A DNA stretch of 64,000 bases from the NCBI GenBank assembly GCA_015233675.1, contig JADFXH010000004.1, forward strand, positions 136,492 through 200,491. Direction: 5' to 3'. Shown here one piece after another: positions 29,175-39,766 of the stretch (position 1 is the first letter of the stretch; each line of letters starts with the position of its first letter). The translations under genes and the position numbers were made by a program. This DNA is from Candidatus Omnitrophota bacterium (GTDB lineage Bacteria; Omnitrophota; Gorgyraeia; Zapsychrales; Fredricksoniimonadaceae). The notes under the pieces are model-generated. The model did no database searches, was not told the origin of the DNA, and saw only the letters and a program-made list of their open reading frames with translations.

Positions 29175-29495
29175 CTATAGATTTGTGTTTATGTTTGGCT
29201 TGCCTGCCCTAGCCCCCTTCGTTGGGAGAGGTTTACACTTAATCCATTGCGGATGAACTTTCATCGGAGGTTTCTCCATTTTGCCGCGGTTACGGATAAT
29301 AAGACCATCAAGAAAACGTCTTAAAATCTGATCCCCGCAGGCCCTATAGTTTGAATGATCTTCTTTGCGGAATATTGCAGATAGTTCCGATGGCGTAGTC
29401 TCAAATTCGGCTAATTTTAGGATATCGATAATATCTGTATCCTTTAGCTTAAGTGCTACCCGAAGCTTCTTCATAATGTCATTATTATTTATCAT
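29175..29495 (-). CDS. DUF1456 (YehS-like) protein
   Basis: NNDIMKKLRVALKLKDTDIIDIL...SAIFRKEDHSNYRACGDQILRRFLDGL matches the YehS repeat as I recall it. Confidence 0.7.
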   Translation of the reverse strand: MINNNDIMKKLRVALKLKDTDIIDILKLAEFETTPSELSAIFRKEDHSNYRACGDQILRRFLDGLIIRNRGKMEKPPMKVHPQWIKCKPLPTKGARAGKPNINTNL

Positions 29496-29596
29496 TTATT
29501 CGCTCCAATATAATTGTTGTGCGTCATCATAAATAACTATTGGTTCTGTTTCCAGTGACTCAAGCTTATCATAAAAAATAAGGTTAAATCCGTTTC

Positions 29597-30211
29597 CTAG
29601 TGCAACAATTCGGCGACCAGCTTTTGCAAAGGCTCTATCTGAATCTTCTTTTTCGAACTGATCCAAAAGATATCCGCAGAATCAACCATAAGCCGACCGG
29701 CGATTTCCTTTTTTTTCACATCAAGCTTAGAAGGCCCCACCTTGTCGATCTTATTGACAATGATGTTAAAGGGGCAAGCATTATGTGTAAGCCAACTGAT
29801 CATTGAAATATCCAGCATTGTCGGCCCTGCAACAGCATCCAGAATGACAAATACCATGCTAAGATTATTCCTGCTGGTTAAATATTTTTCTATCATAGGC
29901 CCAAATTCTGCCTTGCCAGATTTTGAACCGACCGCATATCCATAACCGGGAAGATCAACTATCCAACGGTATGGTTTGACCTCGTACACATTAATAGTCC
30001 TGGTCTTCCCGGGGACCTGTGACACACGTGCCATGTTATTTTTTTGGCACAAAGCATTAATGAGAGTACTTTTACCGGCGTTAGATCTCCCTACAAAGGC
30101 CACTTCAGAATCACTCTCTGTTAGCTTCAGAGTATCCGTTTCAGTCATTAAATGTTTTGTCTCGCGTAACATCTCTAACTCCAACCTTTCTGAGCATCTA
30201 AGCGCCCTCAC
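29597..30211 (-). CDS. engB: Ribosome-biogenesis GTPase EngB/YihA
   Basis: VAFVGRSNAGKSTLINAL (G1), DLPGYGY (G3) and NKIDK (G4). The true start may be an internal Met. Confidence 0.85.
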   Translation of the reverse strand: MRALRCSERLELEMLRETKHLMTETDTLKLTESDSEVAFVGRSNAGKSTLINALCQKNNMARVSQVPGKTRTINVYEVKPYRWIVDLPGYGYAVGSKSGKAEFGPMIEKYLTSRNNLSMVFVILDAVAGPTMLDISMISWLTHNACPFNIIVNKIDKVGPSKLDVKKKEIAGRLMVDSADIFWISSKKKIQIEPLQKLVAELLH

Positions 30212-30224
30212 GCTCCTAAAAACT

Positions 30225-31640
30225 CTAGCGTATGTTATCTTCCGTTTCTTCGGTTACTTTAGCTATCTGTTTACTCTCTTCAGTCAGCCGCGTTTTCTTC
30301 CAGCTCCCTTTGGCAAACCAACAAATGGATACAAGGGAAACAATGACATTGGTGACAGGAAATGACCACCATAATCCCGTAGACTGTAGATCAGTATGTC
30401 TGGAAAGAACATAGGCAACCGGGAATTGGATCATACATTGGGAGACGAGTGCAATCACCATAGCAACTAACATATCCCCGGACGCTCTAAAAGCGGAAAC
30501 GATGCATAGCTGCACACCAATACCTCCCCACGCTAGGCACATAATACGAATAAACTGTGTGCCTTGGGCGATGACTTCTGGCTCGTGCGGTATAAAAAAC
30601 GCCACAAAGGCTGGCGCAAAAATATATGCAATAATCCCAACCAAGGTCAAAAGGACAAAGCCACAAAGAGCGCCCAAAACAGTCACGCGCGCCGCACGTT
30701 TGATGTTACCTGCACCTATATTCTGGCCAACCAAAGTTGAAACAGCCATGGACAGCCCCATGGCCGGAATAGTTACAACCTGCAAGATATTCGATCCCAC
30801 ACCATATGCAGCAATCGTCAATGTCCCAAAACTAGCCACTAAAAATGACATAACCATCAGGCCAAATCCACGTGTCGATAACTCAACAGAACCGGGAAAA
30901 CCCAAAAAGAAAGCATACTTGATATATTTCAGATCGGGCCGAAAACTTTTGGGAGATAATTTTATGCCATGACGCCCGCGCAGGAAGATAAAAATGCCAA
31001 GAAAAGCGGCTAGCGCCTGAGTGATCAAAGTGGCAAGAGCGGCACCCCTCACGCCTTGTGGGGGTAATGGTCCTACGCCAAATATGAAAAGAGGATCAAG
31101 GATAAAATTCAAGATAACCGTTCCAAACACAATCAGCAGAGGTATTTTCGTCTGACCTATTCCTCGCATTAATGCTTGGAACATGGCGTAGATAAAAACA
31201 AAAATAATACCGATAAAAGATATGCGCATAAATCCCAATGCTCCGCTATAAACATCAGGAGCAACACCAAGCAACTTGAGCAAAAAAGGCGAAAATAAAT
31301 ATCCTGCTGCTCCCAAAATAATGGACGTAAAGGTCACCATTAGCATTGTCTGCGCCGCGACATGATTGACCATGTCCTGACGTTGGGCACCCATATATTG
31401 GGCGGACAGGGTTGCCCCCGCCATCGCAAAGCCGGCCCCCAGCGCAATCACCAAAAACATTAGTGGAAAACTGACAGACACAGCAGCAACTGCTGCTGCG
31501 CCCAATCTTCCAACCCAAAAGGCATCGGTCAACTGATAGCCCGTTTGGAGAATATTTCCCAATACAATCGGAATGGCAAGCTGGAGCAGAGCTAACCCTA
31601 ATGGTCCCTCAAGAAATAATTTTTGATTATCGTTTCGCAT
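30225..31640 (-). CDS. MATE-family efflux transporter
   Basis: 471 aa and about 12 TM helices. The N-terminus PIVLGNILQTGYQLTDAFWVGRLG is typical of MATE/NorM. Confidence 0.9.
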   Translation of the reverse strand: MRNDNQKLFLEGPLGLALLQLAIPIVLGNILQTGYQLTDAFWVGRLGAAAVAAVSVSFPLMFLVIALGAGFAMAGATLSAQYMGAQRQDMVNHVAAQTMLMVTFTSIILGAAGYLFSPFLLKLLGVAPDVYSGALGFMRISFIGIIFVFIYAMFQALMRGIGQTKIPLLIVFGTVILNFILDPLFIFGVGPLPPQGVRGAALATLITQALAAFLGIFIFLRGRHGIKLSPKSFRPDLKYIKYAFFLGFPGSVELSTRGFGLMVMSFLVASFGTLTIAAYGVGSNILQVVTIPAMGLSMAVSTLVGQNIGAGNIKRAARVTVLGALCGFVLLTLVGIIAYIFAPAFVAFFIPHEPEVIAQGTQFIRIMCLAWGGIGVQLCIVSAFRASGDMLVAMVIALVSQCMIQFPVAYVLSRHTDLQSTGLWWSFPVTNVIVSLVSICWFAKGSWKKTRLTEESKQIAKVTEETEDNIR

Positions 31641-31703
31641 GAGTGCGTTTAAATATACTTCTGCCTGATTTAAATTTCAAATCATTTAGCGTTAACCACA
31701 ACC

Positions 31704-31853
31704 CATTAACCAGAACCTCAATTAGATAGGAGTTTGACACTTTTGCCATGTTTTAGCAATCTTTTATGATCAATGATATGTCAGTTAAAGCTGGCGGGAT
31801 AATTGGCAAACATACAACTTGAAATAACACCATAAGCCCTGGCAAAAATTACT
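31704..31853. repeat. Copy 1 of a ~150-bp diverged direct repeat (copy 2 at 51219-51369; partial copy at 51583-51620)
   Basis: Alignable by eye over its whole length. Shared blocks: CATTAAC, CCTCAATTAGATAGGA, GCAATCTTTTATGATC, ATGTCAGTTAA, GGATAATTGG. Confidence 0.8.
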
Positions 31854-31926
31854 GGGGCCCTCTCGTATGAGACGAGGAATAACCTCTCTATTCTTACCAA
31901 CTTCAGGGATTGGCCTTACATAGTAA

Positions 31927-32217
31927 TTATTTATTTTCGGAAGCAGCGTCAGCTTCAGCTATTTTGCTGTATTTCTCAGGATCATTATTAAAAGTGCTCT
32001 TACACCCCGGGCAACACAGATTATACACTTTGCCATTATATTCTAACTTAAAGGCTGGCCCCATCACGCCAACTTCCTTACCGGAAACCGGACAATGTTT
32101 ATTCCCAACCTCCACTGCCTGCACTGCTGCTTGTGATGTTGATGGAGCTTGCTGAGCAAAACCCATCCCCATTGTCAAAAAAATAACCCCCAGTGTTAAC
32201 GCAATAATTCTGTTCAT
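31927..32217 (-). CDS. Secreted YHS/TRASH-like metal-binding protein (paralog of 39767..40099)
   Basis: Signal peptide MNRIIALTLGVIFLTMGMGFAQQA. GNKHCPVSGKEV...YNGKVYNLCCPGCKSTFNNDPEKY. Start set at 32217 (AGGAGA SD). Confidence 0.7.
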   Translation of the reverse strand: MNRIIALTLGVIFLTMGMGFAQQAPSTSQAAVQAVEVGNKHCPVSGKEVGVMGPAFKLEYNGKVYNLCCPGCKSTFNNDPEKYSKIAEADAASENK

Positions 32218-32336
32218 ACACGTCTCCTGTTTGTTGATCCCTTCATTGGAACCAAATTTGTGCACCCATAAATAAAGACGTTATTGCTCTTAAAAGGTTA
32301 CGCTATTTCTTAAATTTTATTTAAGGGGAAGCAACT

Positions 32337-33143
32337 TTAGGTATGCTTTGAACAAGGGCAACCGGAAGACATGCTGCAGGCGCTATGTGTCTTTTGAATC
32401 CACTGATCACGCTCATTGCATGTACAGATAGCTTCATCCAATTTAGATTTTTGAGATTCAGGGGCCTTAGCTCGGAGGTCTTGAAGAACATCTTTTTGAT
32501 AAGCATTCAGAAATTTGAGCTTAGTAAGATAATTTCTCTGCTCGCTAACAGGCAGTTTAGCTATGGCATCCAACGAGGCCCCAGCCTCATTAAGCATGGC
32601 CTTAAGGGTCTGAATATCGATATGGCCATCTTTATTAAACTTATCCACCAGCTCTTTTGATCGTCTCTCGGAAAACACTATTTTCAGTTCCATCTGGCCT
32701 TCAGGATTAACGGTCAAAAAATATTTTACCTTTTCAGTTAGAAGCTTTACTAAATATAAAGGATCCCCTGGTACACTGCTGGCGGAAACATTGATCGTTC
32801 CCCAAGAAACAAAAACAATAGCCAGAACCAAGGCAAAACCCCGCGCCCAAGCGACTGAAGGAAAGAAAAACAAACGATTGAGCCTTGCCGAAAACGTGTT
32901 TTCCTTCTGCCTTTGTATTTCTTCTCCAACTTTGATCAGACAAGACATGACCTGATGCTCTGAAATCTCTATAGGGGGCATATCATTCAACTTCTGTGTC
33001 ACAGAAAGAAGTTCTTTTAACTCCTTGGCATGGTTAGGATACTGACGAATAACATCTTCCAAAGACATGCCCCTAAGCATCTTCTCACAGCACTCATTGA
33101 ATATGTCTTCTATCGGTTTATTATTCTTATCCATACAAAACAC
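32337..33143 (-). CDS. Single-pass membrane protein, DUF5667-type anti-sigma-like, with a Cys/His-rich C-terminal tail
   Basis: N-terminal cytoplasmic segment, a TM helix (FALVLAIVFVSWGTINV) and a PGDPLYLVKLLTEKVKYFL periplasmic region. The tail is EAICTCNERDQWIQKTHSACSMSSGCPCSKHT. Confidence 0.6.
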   Translation of the reverse strand: MFCMDKNNKPIEDIFNECCEKMLRGMSLEDVIRQYPNHAKELKELLSVTQKLNDMPPIEISEHQVMSCLIKVGEEIQRQKENTFSARLNRLFFFPSVAWARGFALVLAIVFVSWGTINVSASSVPGDPLYLVKLLTEKVKYFLTVNPEGQMELKIVFSERRSKELVDKFNKDGHIDIQTLKAMLNEAGASLDAIAKLPVSEQRNYLTKLKFLNAYQKDVLQDLRAKAPESQKSKLDEAICTCNERDQWIQKTHSACSMSSGCPCSKHT

Positions 33144-33286
33144 CCTTCTTCATCATTCCATTTCATTAAACACTGATTCGAGGTGCCGAAGGTAAAACAA
33201 AATTTGCTTCTCCATACATAAAGACGACCAACCCAGCTAAAAGTTACGACCTAAATGGAGTGCTCTCGGTATTGAGAGTACGCATG

Positions 33287-36200
33287 CTAATGCTCTTTTA
33301 ATTCCGGGATAGGAAACTTACTGACGTCTACTGTGCCCTTTTTCATCTCATAATTCCATTTCCAAATACTGTATATTGCTGGATAAACTAAGAGTTCCAT
33401 AACAAAACTACTAAAAATACCCCCGATCATAGGTGCTGCGATGCGTTTCATCACATCTGCCCCAGCTCCAATTGAGAACATAATAGGAACTAGCCCCATG
33501 AACATAGCGCTGACCGTCATGAGCTTTGGCCGAATACGTTTGACAGCCCCGTGAACAATAGCTTCTTCAAGATCCGACCTCGTTTTCATCTGCCCACTAC
33601 GGATAGTTTGATAATACGCAAGATCCAAGAAAAGCATCATAAAAACACCTGTTTCCGCATCAAGCCCCATGAGCGCAATCATTCCCACCCATACCGCAAT
33701 AGACATATTATAGCCCAGCATAAAAAGAAACCACACAGCGCCAACCAAAGAAAATGGCACTGCCAGCATGATAATCCCCGCCTTAACATGAGAACGGGTG
33801 TTCATATATAACAGCATAAAAATAAAAAACAACGTAATAGGAATAACAGTTTTCAAGCGCTCCCGGACACGCAGCATATTCTCATACTGCCCGCTCCAGA
33901 TAAGCGTATAGCCGGGTGTAGATTTAAGCTCCTTTTCAACCGCACGTTTAGCATCTTCCACAAAACTGCCCACATCACGGCCAGCAACATCCACATAAAC
34001 ATAACCAGAAAGCATACCATTCTCATTACGGATCATAGCTGGTCCTTGGACCAACTCTAACTTCGCAAGCTCTCCCAAGGGCACCTGTGCCCCCTGTGGT
34101 GTGGCAACAAGGACACGCTTGAGACTTGGTATATCATTACGTAACTCGCGCAGATAACGGACATTAACCGAATAGCGTTCCCGTCCCTCTATAGTCGTCG
34201 TCACGGGTTCGCCGCCAATCGCTGACATAATAACGTCTTCAACATCTCCTGCTGTCAATCCGTAACGAGCAAGAGCATCGGAATCAATGTCAAAATCAAG
34301 AAAATACCCGCCGGTCACACGTTCCGCATAAACACTGCGGGAGCCCGCCACCCCCTTAACAATTTTCTCAATATCTACACCTATACGTTCAATCTCCTTG
34401 TAATCCGCGCCTAATATCTTGATTCCAACCGGAGTCCTAACACCAGTTGAAAGCATATCAATACGGGCCTTGATCGGCATGGTCCAAGCATTAGACACGC
34501 CCGGAAATTTTACTCTCTCATCAAGCTCATTGATAATGTCCTGCCATGTAACGCTATCATTCCAAATAGGACGAACTAATCCCTGAAAAAATTCAGGCAT
34601 CCATGATGAATACCAGCGATGGACATGACGCCACTGGCTTTCCGGTTTAAGGACGATTGTTGTTTCCATCATGGAAAAAGGTGCTGGATCAGTCGCTGTT
34701 TCAGCACGTCCTGCCTTGCCGAATACCCGCTCAACCTCCGGAACAGTTCGGATAACCTTATCCATCTGTTGAAGAAGCTTTTCTGCTTCAGTGACAGAGA
34801 TCCCTGGCAAGGTTGTGGGCATATATAGAACCGTTCCCTCATTTAATGGAGGCATAAATTCCGACCCCAGCTTAAAATAAATTGGAATCACGGAGAGAAA
34901 AAGAAGTCCTGCACAAACCAATGTCGCAAAGCGGTGTTTGAGAACAAACCTGCAAGCTGGTTCGTAAACTTTAAACAAAACTTTACTGATGGGATGTTTC
35001 TCTTCCGGGTAATATTTACCGACGGTCAGCATATTTAATAAATTTGAAATCCATCGAGGACGGAAATTGACCTTATTGACGCGTACCAAAAGCACAAACA
35101 TGGCGGGAACAAGCGTAATTGCCAGAACTGCGGCAATAGCCATCGAAAAATTCTTGCTGAAAGCAAGCGGTCTAAAAAGCCTGCCTTCCTGATCAACAAG
35201 AGTAAAAACGGGTAAAAATGCCACCGCAATCACAAGAAGCGAAAAGAATACTGATGGACCGACTTCCTTCAAGGACGTTAATAGCACGTCATGGTAATCT
35301 TCACGACGGCCCTTGGCGTCCCATAACTGAATCTTCTTATAGGCATTTTCCACCATCACGATGGCCCCATCTACAAGGACGCCTATGGATATGGCAATAC
35401 CAGCTAACGACATGATATTTGATGTCAGCTTCAAAGCTAACATGGGGATAAAGGACAAAAGCACGGCCACAGGAATGGTGGCAATAGGCACACTCGCTGA
35501 TGGGAAATGCCATAGAAAGAAAATGATCACCAAACTTACAATAATCACCTCTTCAATGAGCTGATGTTTTAGAGTATCAATAGCTCGCAAAATTAAATCT
35601 GAACGGTCATACGTTGTTACGATTTCCACTCCCGGAGGAAGTGACGCTTTTACATCTTTTATCTTCTGCTTAACCCGATCAATCACTTGAAGGGCATTCT
35701 CTCCCGTACGCATGATGACGATGCCGCCAACGGTGTCCCCTTGGCCATCCAAATCAGCAACACCACGACGGATTTCTGGCCCAATGGTTACTTTTGCCAA
35801 ATTGCGCACTAGAACCGGACGCCCCTGAGTATCCGCGCCCACCACAATATTCTCGACATCTTTGGTTGATTTGATATAACCCCGGCCGCGAACCATGAAC
35901 TCAGTCCCAGCAAATTCGACCAGACGTCCGCCCACGTCGTTGTTACTCCTGCGTACAGCGTCAATGACTTTATTAATTGATATATTGTAGGCTTGCAAAG
36001 CTACCGGATCGACGTTGACTTGATATTGTTTCTGAAATCCTCCGACGGTTGCCACTTCTGAAACGCCAGGCACAGACTGTAACCAATAGCGTAAATACCA
36101 ATCTTGGAACGATCGAAGCTGCCCCAGATCATTTTTACCGCTCTTATCCACGAGTGCGTATTGATAGACCCAGCCGACAGAAGTTGCGTCAGGGCCTAAT

Positions 36201-36580
36201 TCTGTTCTAACCCCTTCAGGCAATCTTGAGATAACTTTATTAAGATATTCAAGCGTACGGCTTCTCGCCCAGTAAAGATCTGTTCCATCCTTAAAAATGA
36301 TATAAACATACGAATATCCAAAATCCGAGAAACCCCGGACGGCTTTGACATCAGGAGCCCCTAACATGGCCGTTACAATCGGATAAGTCACCTGATCTTC
36401 AATAATGTCCGGTGAGCGGTCCCATCTGGAATAAATAATAACTTGTGTATCTGAAAGGTCAGGAATAGCATCAAGCGGGATGTTGCGCACAGCCATGACA
36501 GCACCGACAATAGCCACTGCCGTCAAAATTAAGATAAGAAATTTATTCTTTGCCGAGAATTCAATAACCCTTTTAATCAT
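33287..36580 (-). CDS. Heavy-metal-efflux RND pump (CusA/CzcA family)
   Basis: 1097-aa ORF with the 12-TM RND architecture. It overlaps the adaptor gene stop by 4 nt. Confidence 0.95.
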   Translation of the reverse strand: MIKRVIEFSAKNKFLILILTAVAIVGAVMAVRNIPLDAIPDLSDTQVIIYSRWDRSPDIIEDQVTYPIVTAMLGAPDVKAVRGFSDFGYSYVYIIFKDGTDLYWARSRTLEYLNKVISRLPEGVRTELGPDATSVGWVYQYALVDKSGKNDLGQLRSFQDWYLRYWLQSVPGVSEVATVGGFQKQYQVNVDPVALQAYNISINKVIDAVRRSNNDVGGRLVEFAGTEFMVRGRGYIKSTKDVENIVVGADTQGRPVLVRNLAKVTIGPEIRRGVADLDGQGDTVGGIVIMRTGENALQVIDRVKQKIKDVKASLPPGVEIVTTYDRSDLILRAIDTLKHQLIEEVIIVSLVIIFFLWHFPSASVPIATIPVAVLLSFIPMLALKLTSNIMSLAGIAISIGVLVDGAIVMVENAYKKIQLWDAKGRREDYHDVLLTSLKEVGPSVFFSLLVIAVAFLPVFTLVDQEGRLFRPLAFSKNFSMAIAAVLAITLVPAMFVLLVRVNKVNFRPRWISNLLNMLTVGKYYPEEKHPISKVLFKVYEPACRFVLKHRFATLVCAGLLFLSVIPIYFKLGSEFMPPLNEGTVLYMPTTLPGISVTEAEKLLQQMDKVIRTVPEVERVFGKAGRAETATDPAPFSMMETTIVLKPESQWRHVHRWYSSWMPEFFQGLVRPIWNDSVTWQDIINELDERVKFPGVSNAWTMPIKARIDMLSTGVRTPVGIKILGADYKEIERIGVDIEKIVKGVAGSRSVYAERVTGGYFLDFDIDSDALARYGLTAGDVEDVIMSAIGGEPVTTTIEGRERYSVNVRYLRELRNDIPSLKRVLVATPQGAQVPLGELAKLELVQGPAMIRNENGMLSGYVYVDVAGRDVGSFVEDAKRAVEKELKSTPGYTLIWSGQYENMLRVRERLKTVIPITLFFIFMLLYMNTRSHVKAGIIMLAVPFSLVGAVWFLFMLGYNMSIAVWVGMIALMGLDAETGVFMMLFLDLAYYQTIRSGQMKTRSDLEEAIVHGAVKRIRPKLMTVSAMFMGLVPIMFSIGAGADVMKRIAAPMIGGIFSSFVMELLVYPAIYSIWKWNYEMKKGTVDVSKFPIPELKEH

Positions 36581-37749
36581 TTACCGGCCCCCTCAAGACG
36601 GCTTTCAGCATCAATCAAGAAATTACCGCTGACAACAACCTTGTCCCCTTCTTGAAGACCGCTCAGGACTTCATAATAACCTTTAGCTTTCGAACCTAAA
36701 CTCACCTCTTTGACCTCAAAAACATCATCGTGTACGACATGGACGATTTGACGAGTCCCCGAATCTAACACCGCATCTTCCTGAACTGCCAGCTTTTCTC
36801 CTAAATCAACATCTATTCTGGCTGAGCCAAATATTTCACCACGAAGGATTTTCTCCTTATCATCGACTTTCACCCTGACCCGTACAGTCCGCGATTGTGA
36901 ATCCAAAACTGGAGCTATACCAGAAACTGCTCCCTGGAACACTTTTCCCTGGAAAGATGGAGTTTCAAACGACACTTTTTGTCCCGGGCGAACTGTAGAA
37001 GCCTCATCAGCATAAATAGCCGCATAAACCCATGCTGTTGAGGATTTTCCAGGATAATACAAACTGTCATCTGCCTTACCTGCCTTGCCTAATTCATCAA
37101 CTTCAGCATCAGTCATCCCCTGAAGATAGAGTTTTCGACGACTTGCCTCTAAAAGAGACTTGGATTGCTCCTTCAGAGAGGATTCAGAACTGTTTTCAGC
37201 AGCCGTAGATGACTTTAATGCTTCAATAAACCCCGTCTGGGCTACGTATAAATCAGGATCGAACGCAACTCTTCCTGATGCGCGAATTTCAAGGACAAGG
37301 TCACGCTTCTGAACAAGCCCTGTCTTAACTCCAATAAGTTGCTGTTGGTTAGGATTCACATGAACACCGGACATTTCATCAGCTCCCGAATTTTCATTTT
37401 CATAAACAGGAATATAATCCATCCCCATTGAATCTTTCATAAAGGTGGGCGATGTTACTGAAGGGTCCATTGGGTTTCGGTAATAAATAATTTTTTTGTC
37501 TTTCTTGGACTGGGAATCCGTCGCAGGCACCCCTATGGCATGGTCTTCACTCTTAACAAGTTTCATCCCGCATATAGGGCACTCACCTGGTTTATCTGAA
37601 ACATAATCCGGATGCATCGGGCAATGATATTTAGCCTTCATTAATTGAGAGCTTTGTGACGATTGAGAGGTGCAGTGATAAATATAAAATATGCCTGCTG
37701 CCACAGCCATAATTGATAACAAAATTATTATCCAAATATTCTTTTTCAT
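36577..37749 (-). CDS. RND periplasmic adaptor (CusB/CzcB family) with an N-terminal Cys-rich metal-binding motif
   Basis: YHCPMHPDYVSDKPGECPICGMKLV followed by a membrane-fusion-protein barrel/lipoyl pattern. Confidence 0.9.
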   Translation of the reverse strand: MKKNIWIIILLSIMAVAAGIFYIYHCTSQSSQSSQLMKAKYHCPMHPDYVSDKPGECPICGMKLVKSEDHAIGVPATDSQSKKDKKIIYYRNPMDPSVTSPTFMKDSMGMDYIPVYENENSGADEMSGVHVNPNQQQLIGVKTGLVQKRDLVLEIRASGRVAFDPDLYVAQTGFIEALKSSTAAENSSESSLKEQSKSLLEASRRKLYLQGMTDAEVDELGKAGKADDSLYYPGKSSTAWVYAAIYADEASTVRPGQKVSFETPSFQGKVFQGAVSGIAPVLDSQSRTVRVRVKVDDKEKILRGEIFGSARIDVDLGEKLAVQEDAVLDSGTRQIVHVVHDDVFEVKEVSLGSKAKGYYEVLSGLQEGDKVVVSGNFLIDAESRLEGAGK

Positions 37750-39008
37750 TTTATCTCTCCCTCGTAATCCATATCACCCCCGACCACACGTTCCAAATCA
37801 GCTTTTGAAACCGCTAATGTGGCTAATGCATCTGCATATTCCATTTGATAATCTCGGTATGCCCTAAATGCTCCAATATATTCGCTAAATTCACCTGTAC
37901 CTGATTCATAAGCGACACGCGCTGTTGTTACCGCGGACTTTATACGCGGTAAAATGCCATCTTCATAAAGCCGGACAATATCGCCAGAAGCTTTTACTTT
38001 TGCCAATGCGCTTCGTCCTTCAAAAATCACGGTATTTTCTTCAGCTTGTAAATCCGCTTGTGCAGCCTTAAACCCTGCGCGGGCTTCTGCAATTTCCGGG
38101 CCCTGTTTCCCCCAAAACCATAGTGGTATGGTCAAGCCGACCGCTCCCATCCATTGTCCCTTGCTAAAATTTCCACCCTGCTCTTCATGTTTGTACTCCA
38201 ACCTAATATCCGGCAACAGTTCTTGCTTGCTTAAAGAATACTCTGTCTTGGCACGATCCATCATGTTCCTAAAAGACTTTAACTCCGGACGATCTTGTTT
38301 TATCCTTTCAATAATATTCTCTTCGGAAGCATCTTCCTGTATTGAATCCATGCGAATATCAATATCTCCCAGATCCTTAGGCGTCATATTAAGAAGGGAT
38401 GCCAGTAAACTTTGGGCAATGATCCGGTCTTGCTCAAACTGTTTTTGGGCTACCATGACCTTATCCTGCTCTGCACCAGCCCGTAAGCTATCTACCTGTG
38501 AACCGCGGCCTGAAGAATACTTAGTCTCTGCCGCTTTTGACATCTGGCTGGCCAAATCAAGACTGTCTTTAGTTAAGGCCAACTTGCGATTAGCCACAAA
38601 CATTGACGCATAAGCTTCTTTAACTTCTTTAATAACACGTTGCTGTGTTTCCTTATATTCCTGCGCGAAAGAATCCATCTCTTGCCTGGCAGCTTTCCTT
38701 TTTAAAAAAAGCTTGGTCGGAAAAGGGATCTCCTGTGAAACTGAAAGGGTTTTCATCGGCTTACCATTGGAAGATGGAAATATCTTATCATATCCATACT
38801 CAACCATGGGATCAGGAAGATTGCGAAAAAAAGCAACACGAGCACGGGCCGCTTCATAGCGGGCACTAGCGGCTAAAATTTGAGGATTTTGAGATAAGGC
38901 TTGCTGAATCAATTCATGGAGCCCCATATGTTTACCTTCTTGGGCAAACATAACTGTCGGTGCAATCAACAACATAAATAATAGCAGCACTGTTACACGC
39001 ATTCTCAA
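37746..39008 (-). CDS. Outer-membrane efflux factor (TolC/CzcC/CusC family)
   Basis: 420 aa with a signal peptide and two tandem OEP-like repeats. Translationally coupled to the adaptor gene. Confidence 0.85.
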   Translation of the reverse strand: MRMRVTVLLLFMLLIAPTVMFAQEGKHMGLHELIQQALSQNPQILAASARYEAARARVAFFRNLPDPMVEYGYDKIFPSSNGKPMKTLSVSQEIPFPTKLFLKRKAARQEMDSFAQEYKETQQRVIKEVKEAYASMFVANRKLALTKDSLDLASQMSKAAETKYSSGRGSQVDSLRAGAEQDKVMVAQKQFEQDRIIAQSLLASLLNMTPKDLGDIDIRMDSIQEDASEENIIERIKQDRPELKSFRNMMDRAKTEYSLSKQELLPDIRLEYKHEEQGGNFSKGQWMGAVGLTIPLWFWGKQGPEIAEARAGFKAAQADLQAEENTVIFEGRSALAKVKASGDIVRLYEDGILPRIKSAVTTARVAYESGTGEFSEYIGAFRAYRDYQMEYADALATLAVSKADLERVVGGDMDYEGEIK

Positions 39009-39086
39009 TCCCCTTATAAAGTTCCCCTATTTCTAAAGACGCTCACTAACAAAGACGAAAGGAATGAAAGAAAGTTACGATGTTTT

Positions 39087-39638
39087 TTAAGCCCCAATAT
39101 CCTTTTTCAAGTATTGTTTTAACCCAGCTACCGCACGAAACTGCAGAATTTTCACAGCCCCCACCGAATTATGCATGATTTGAGCTGTTTCCTCTAAAGT
39201 ATGACCGTTTAAAAATCTCAATGAAATTACTTCTGCTTGGCTCTCGGTTAAAACTGTAAGCATATGTTTTATTTCACCAGCCATAAATCCTTCTCTGTGA
39301 TCTTCTGTTGATACCGTAATACTGTCATCCTCTATTTCATCAAGCGAGGAGGATTTCTGGCGATCCATCTTACGGTAATAATCGATAAGCAGATTACGAG
39401 CTATCTTAAACAACCATGCAGGGAAATTGCCAGTTTGATTCTTAATGGAGCCCACCATCCGTACAAAAACTTCGCTGGTTAAATCCTCTGCATCCTCTCG
39501 GTTACGTGCCCGATATGACAGGAATCGCAACACAGTCGGATAGTAATGTTTAACCAACTGGCCCATAGCCCCCTCATCCATTTGACGGGCCTGTCCTAAA
39601 ATATCATCCAAATTATCTGGATTTTTAAATTCATCCAT
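39087..39638 (-). CDS. ECF (group 4) sigma-70 factor
   Basis: Region 2 (DLTSEVFVRMV...WLFKIARNLLIDYYRK) and region 4 (VISLRFLNGHTLEETAQIMHNSVGAVKILQFRA). Confidence 0.9.
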   Translation of the reverse strand: MDEFKNPDNLDDILGQARQMDEGAMGQLVKHYYPTVLRFLSYRARNREDAEDLTSEVFVRMVGSIKNQTGNFPAWLFKIARNLLIDYYRKMDRQKSSSLDEIEDDSITVSTEDHREGFMAGEIKHMLTVLTESQAEVISLRFLNGHTLEETAQIMHNSVGAVKILQFRAVAGLKQYLKKDIGA

Positions 39639-39766
39639 GACTTAAGAAACCTTTCTACTAACTGACTCCGACGCCATATTCATAGACCATACTCTCACCT
39701 ATAAAAATGCACAAACTTCGGATGTAGTAGAAACCCCATTAAGGAACTGTCCATGAGCTCTCCTGT

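Noticed and set aside
31704-31853. The 150-bp repeats as attL/attR of the large serine recombinase
   Set aside because: Serine integrases leave only a 2-bp shared core, not long diverged direct repeats. I kept the repeats as a finding but not as bona fide att sites.
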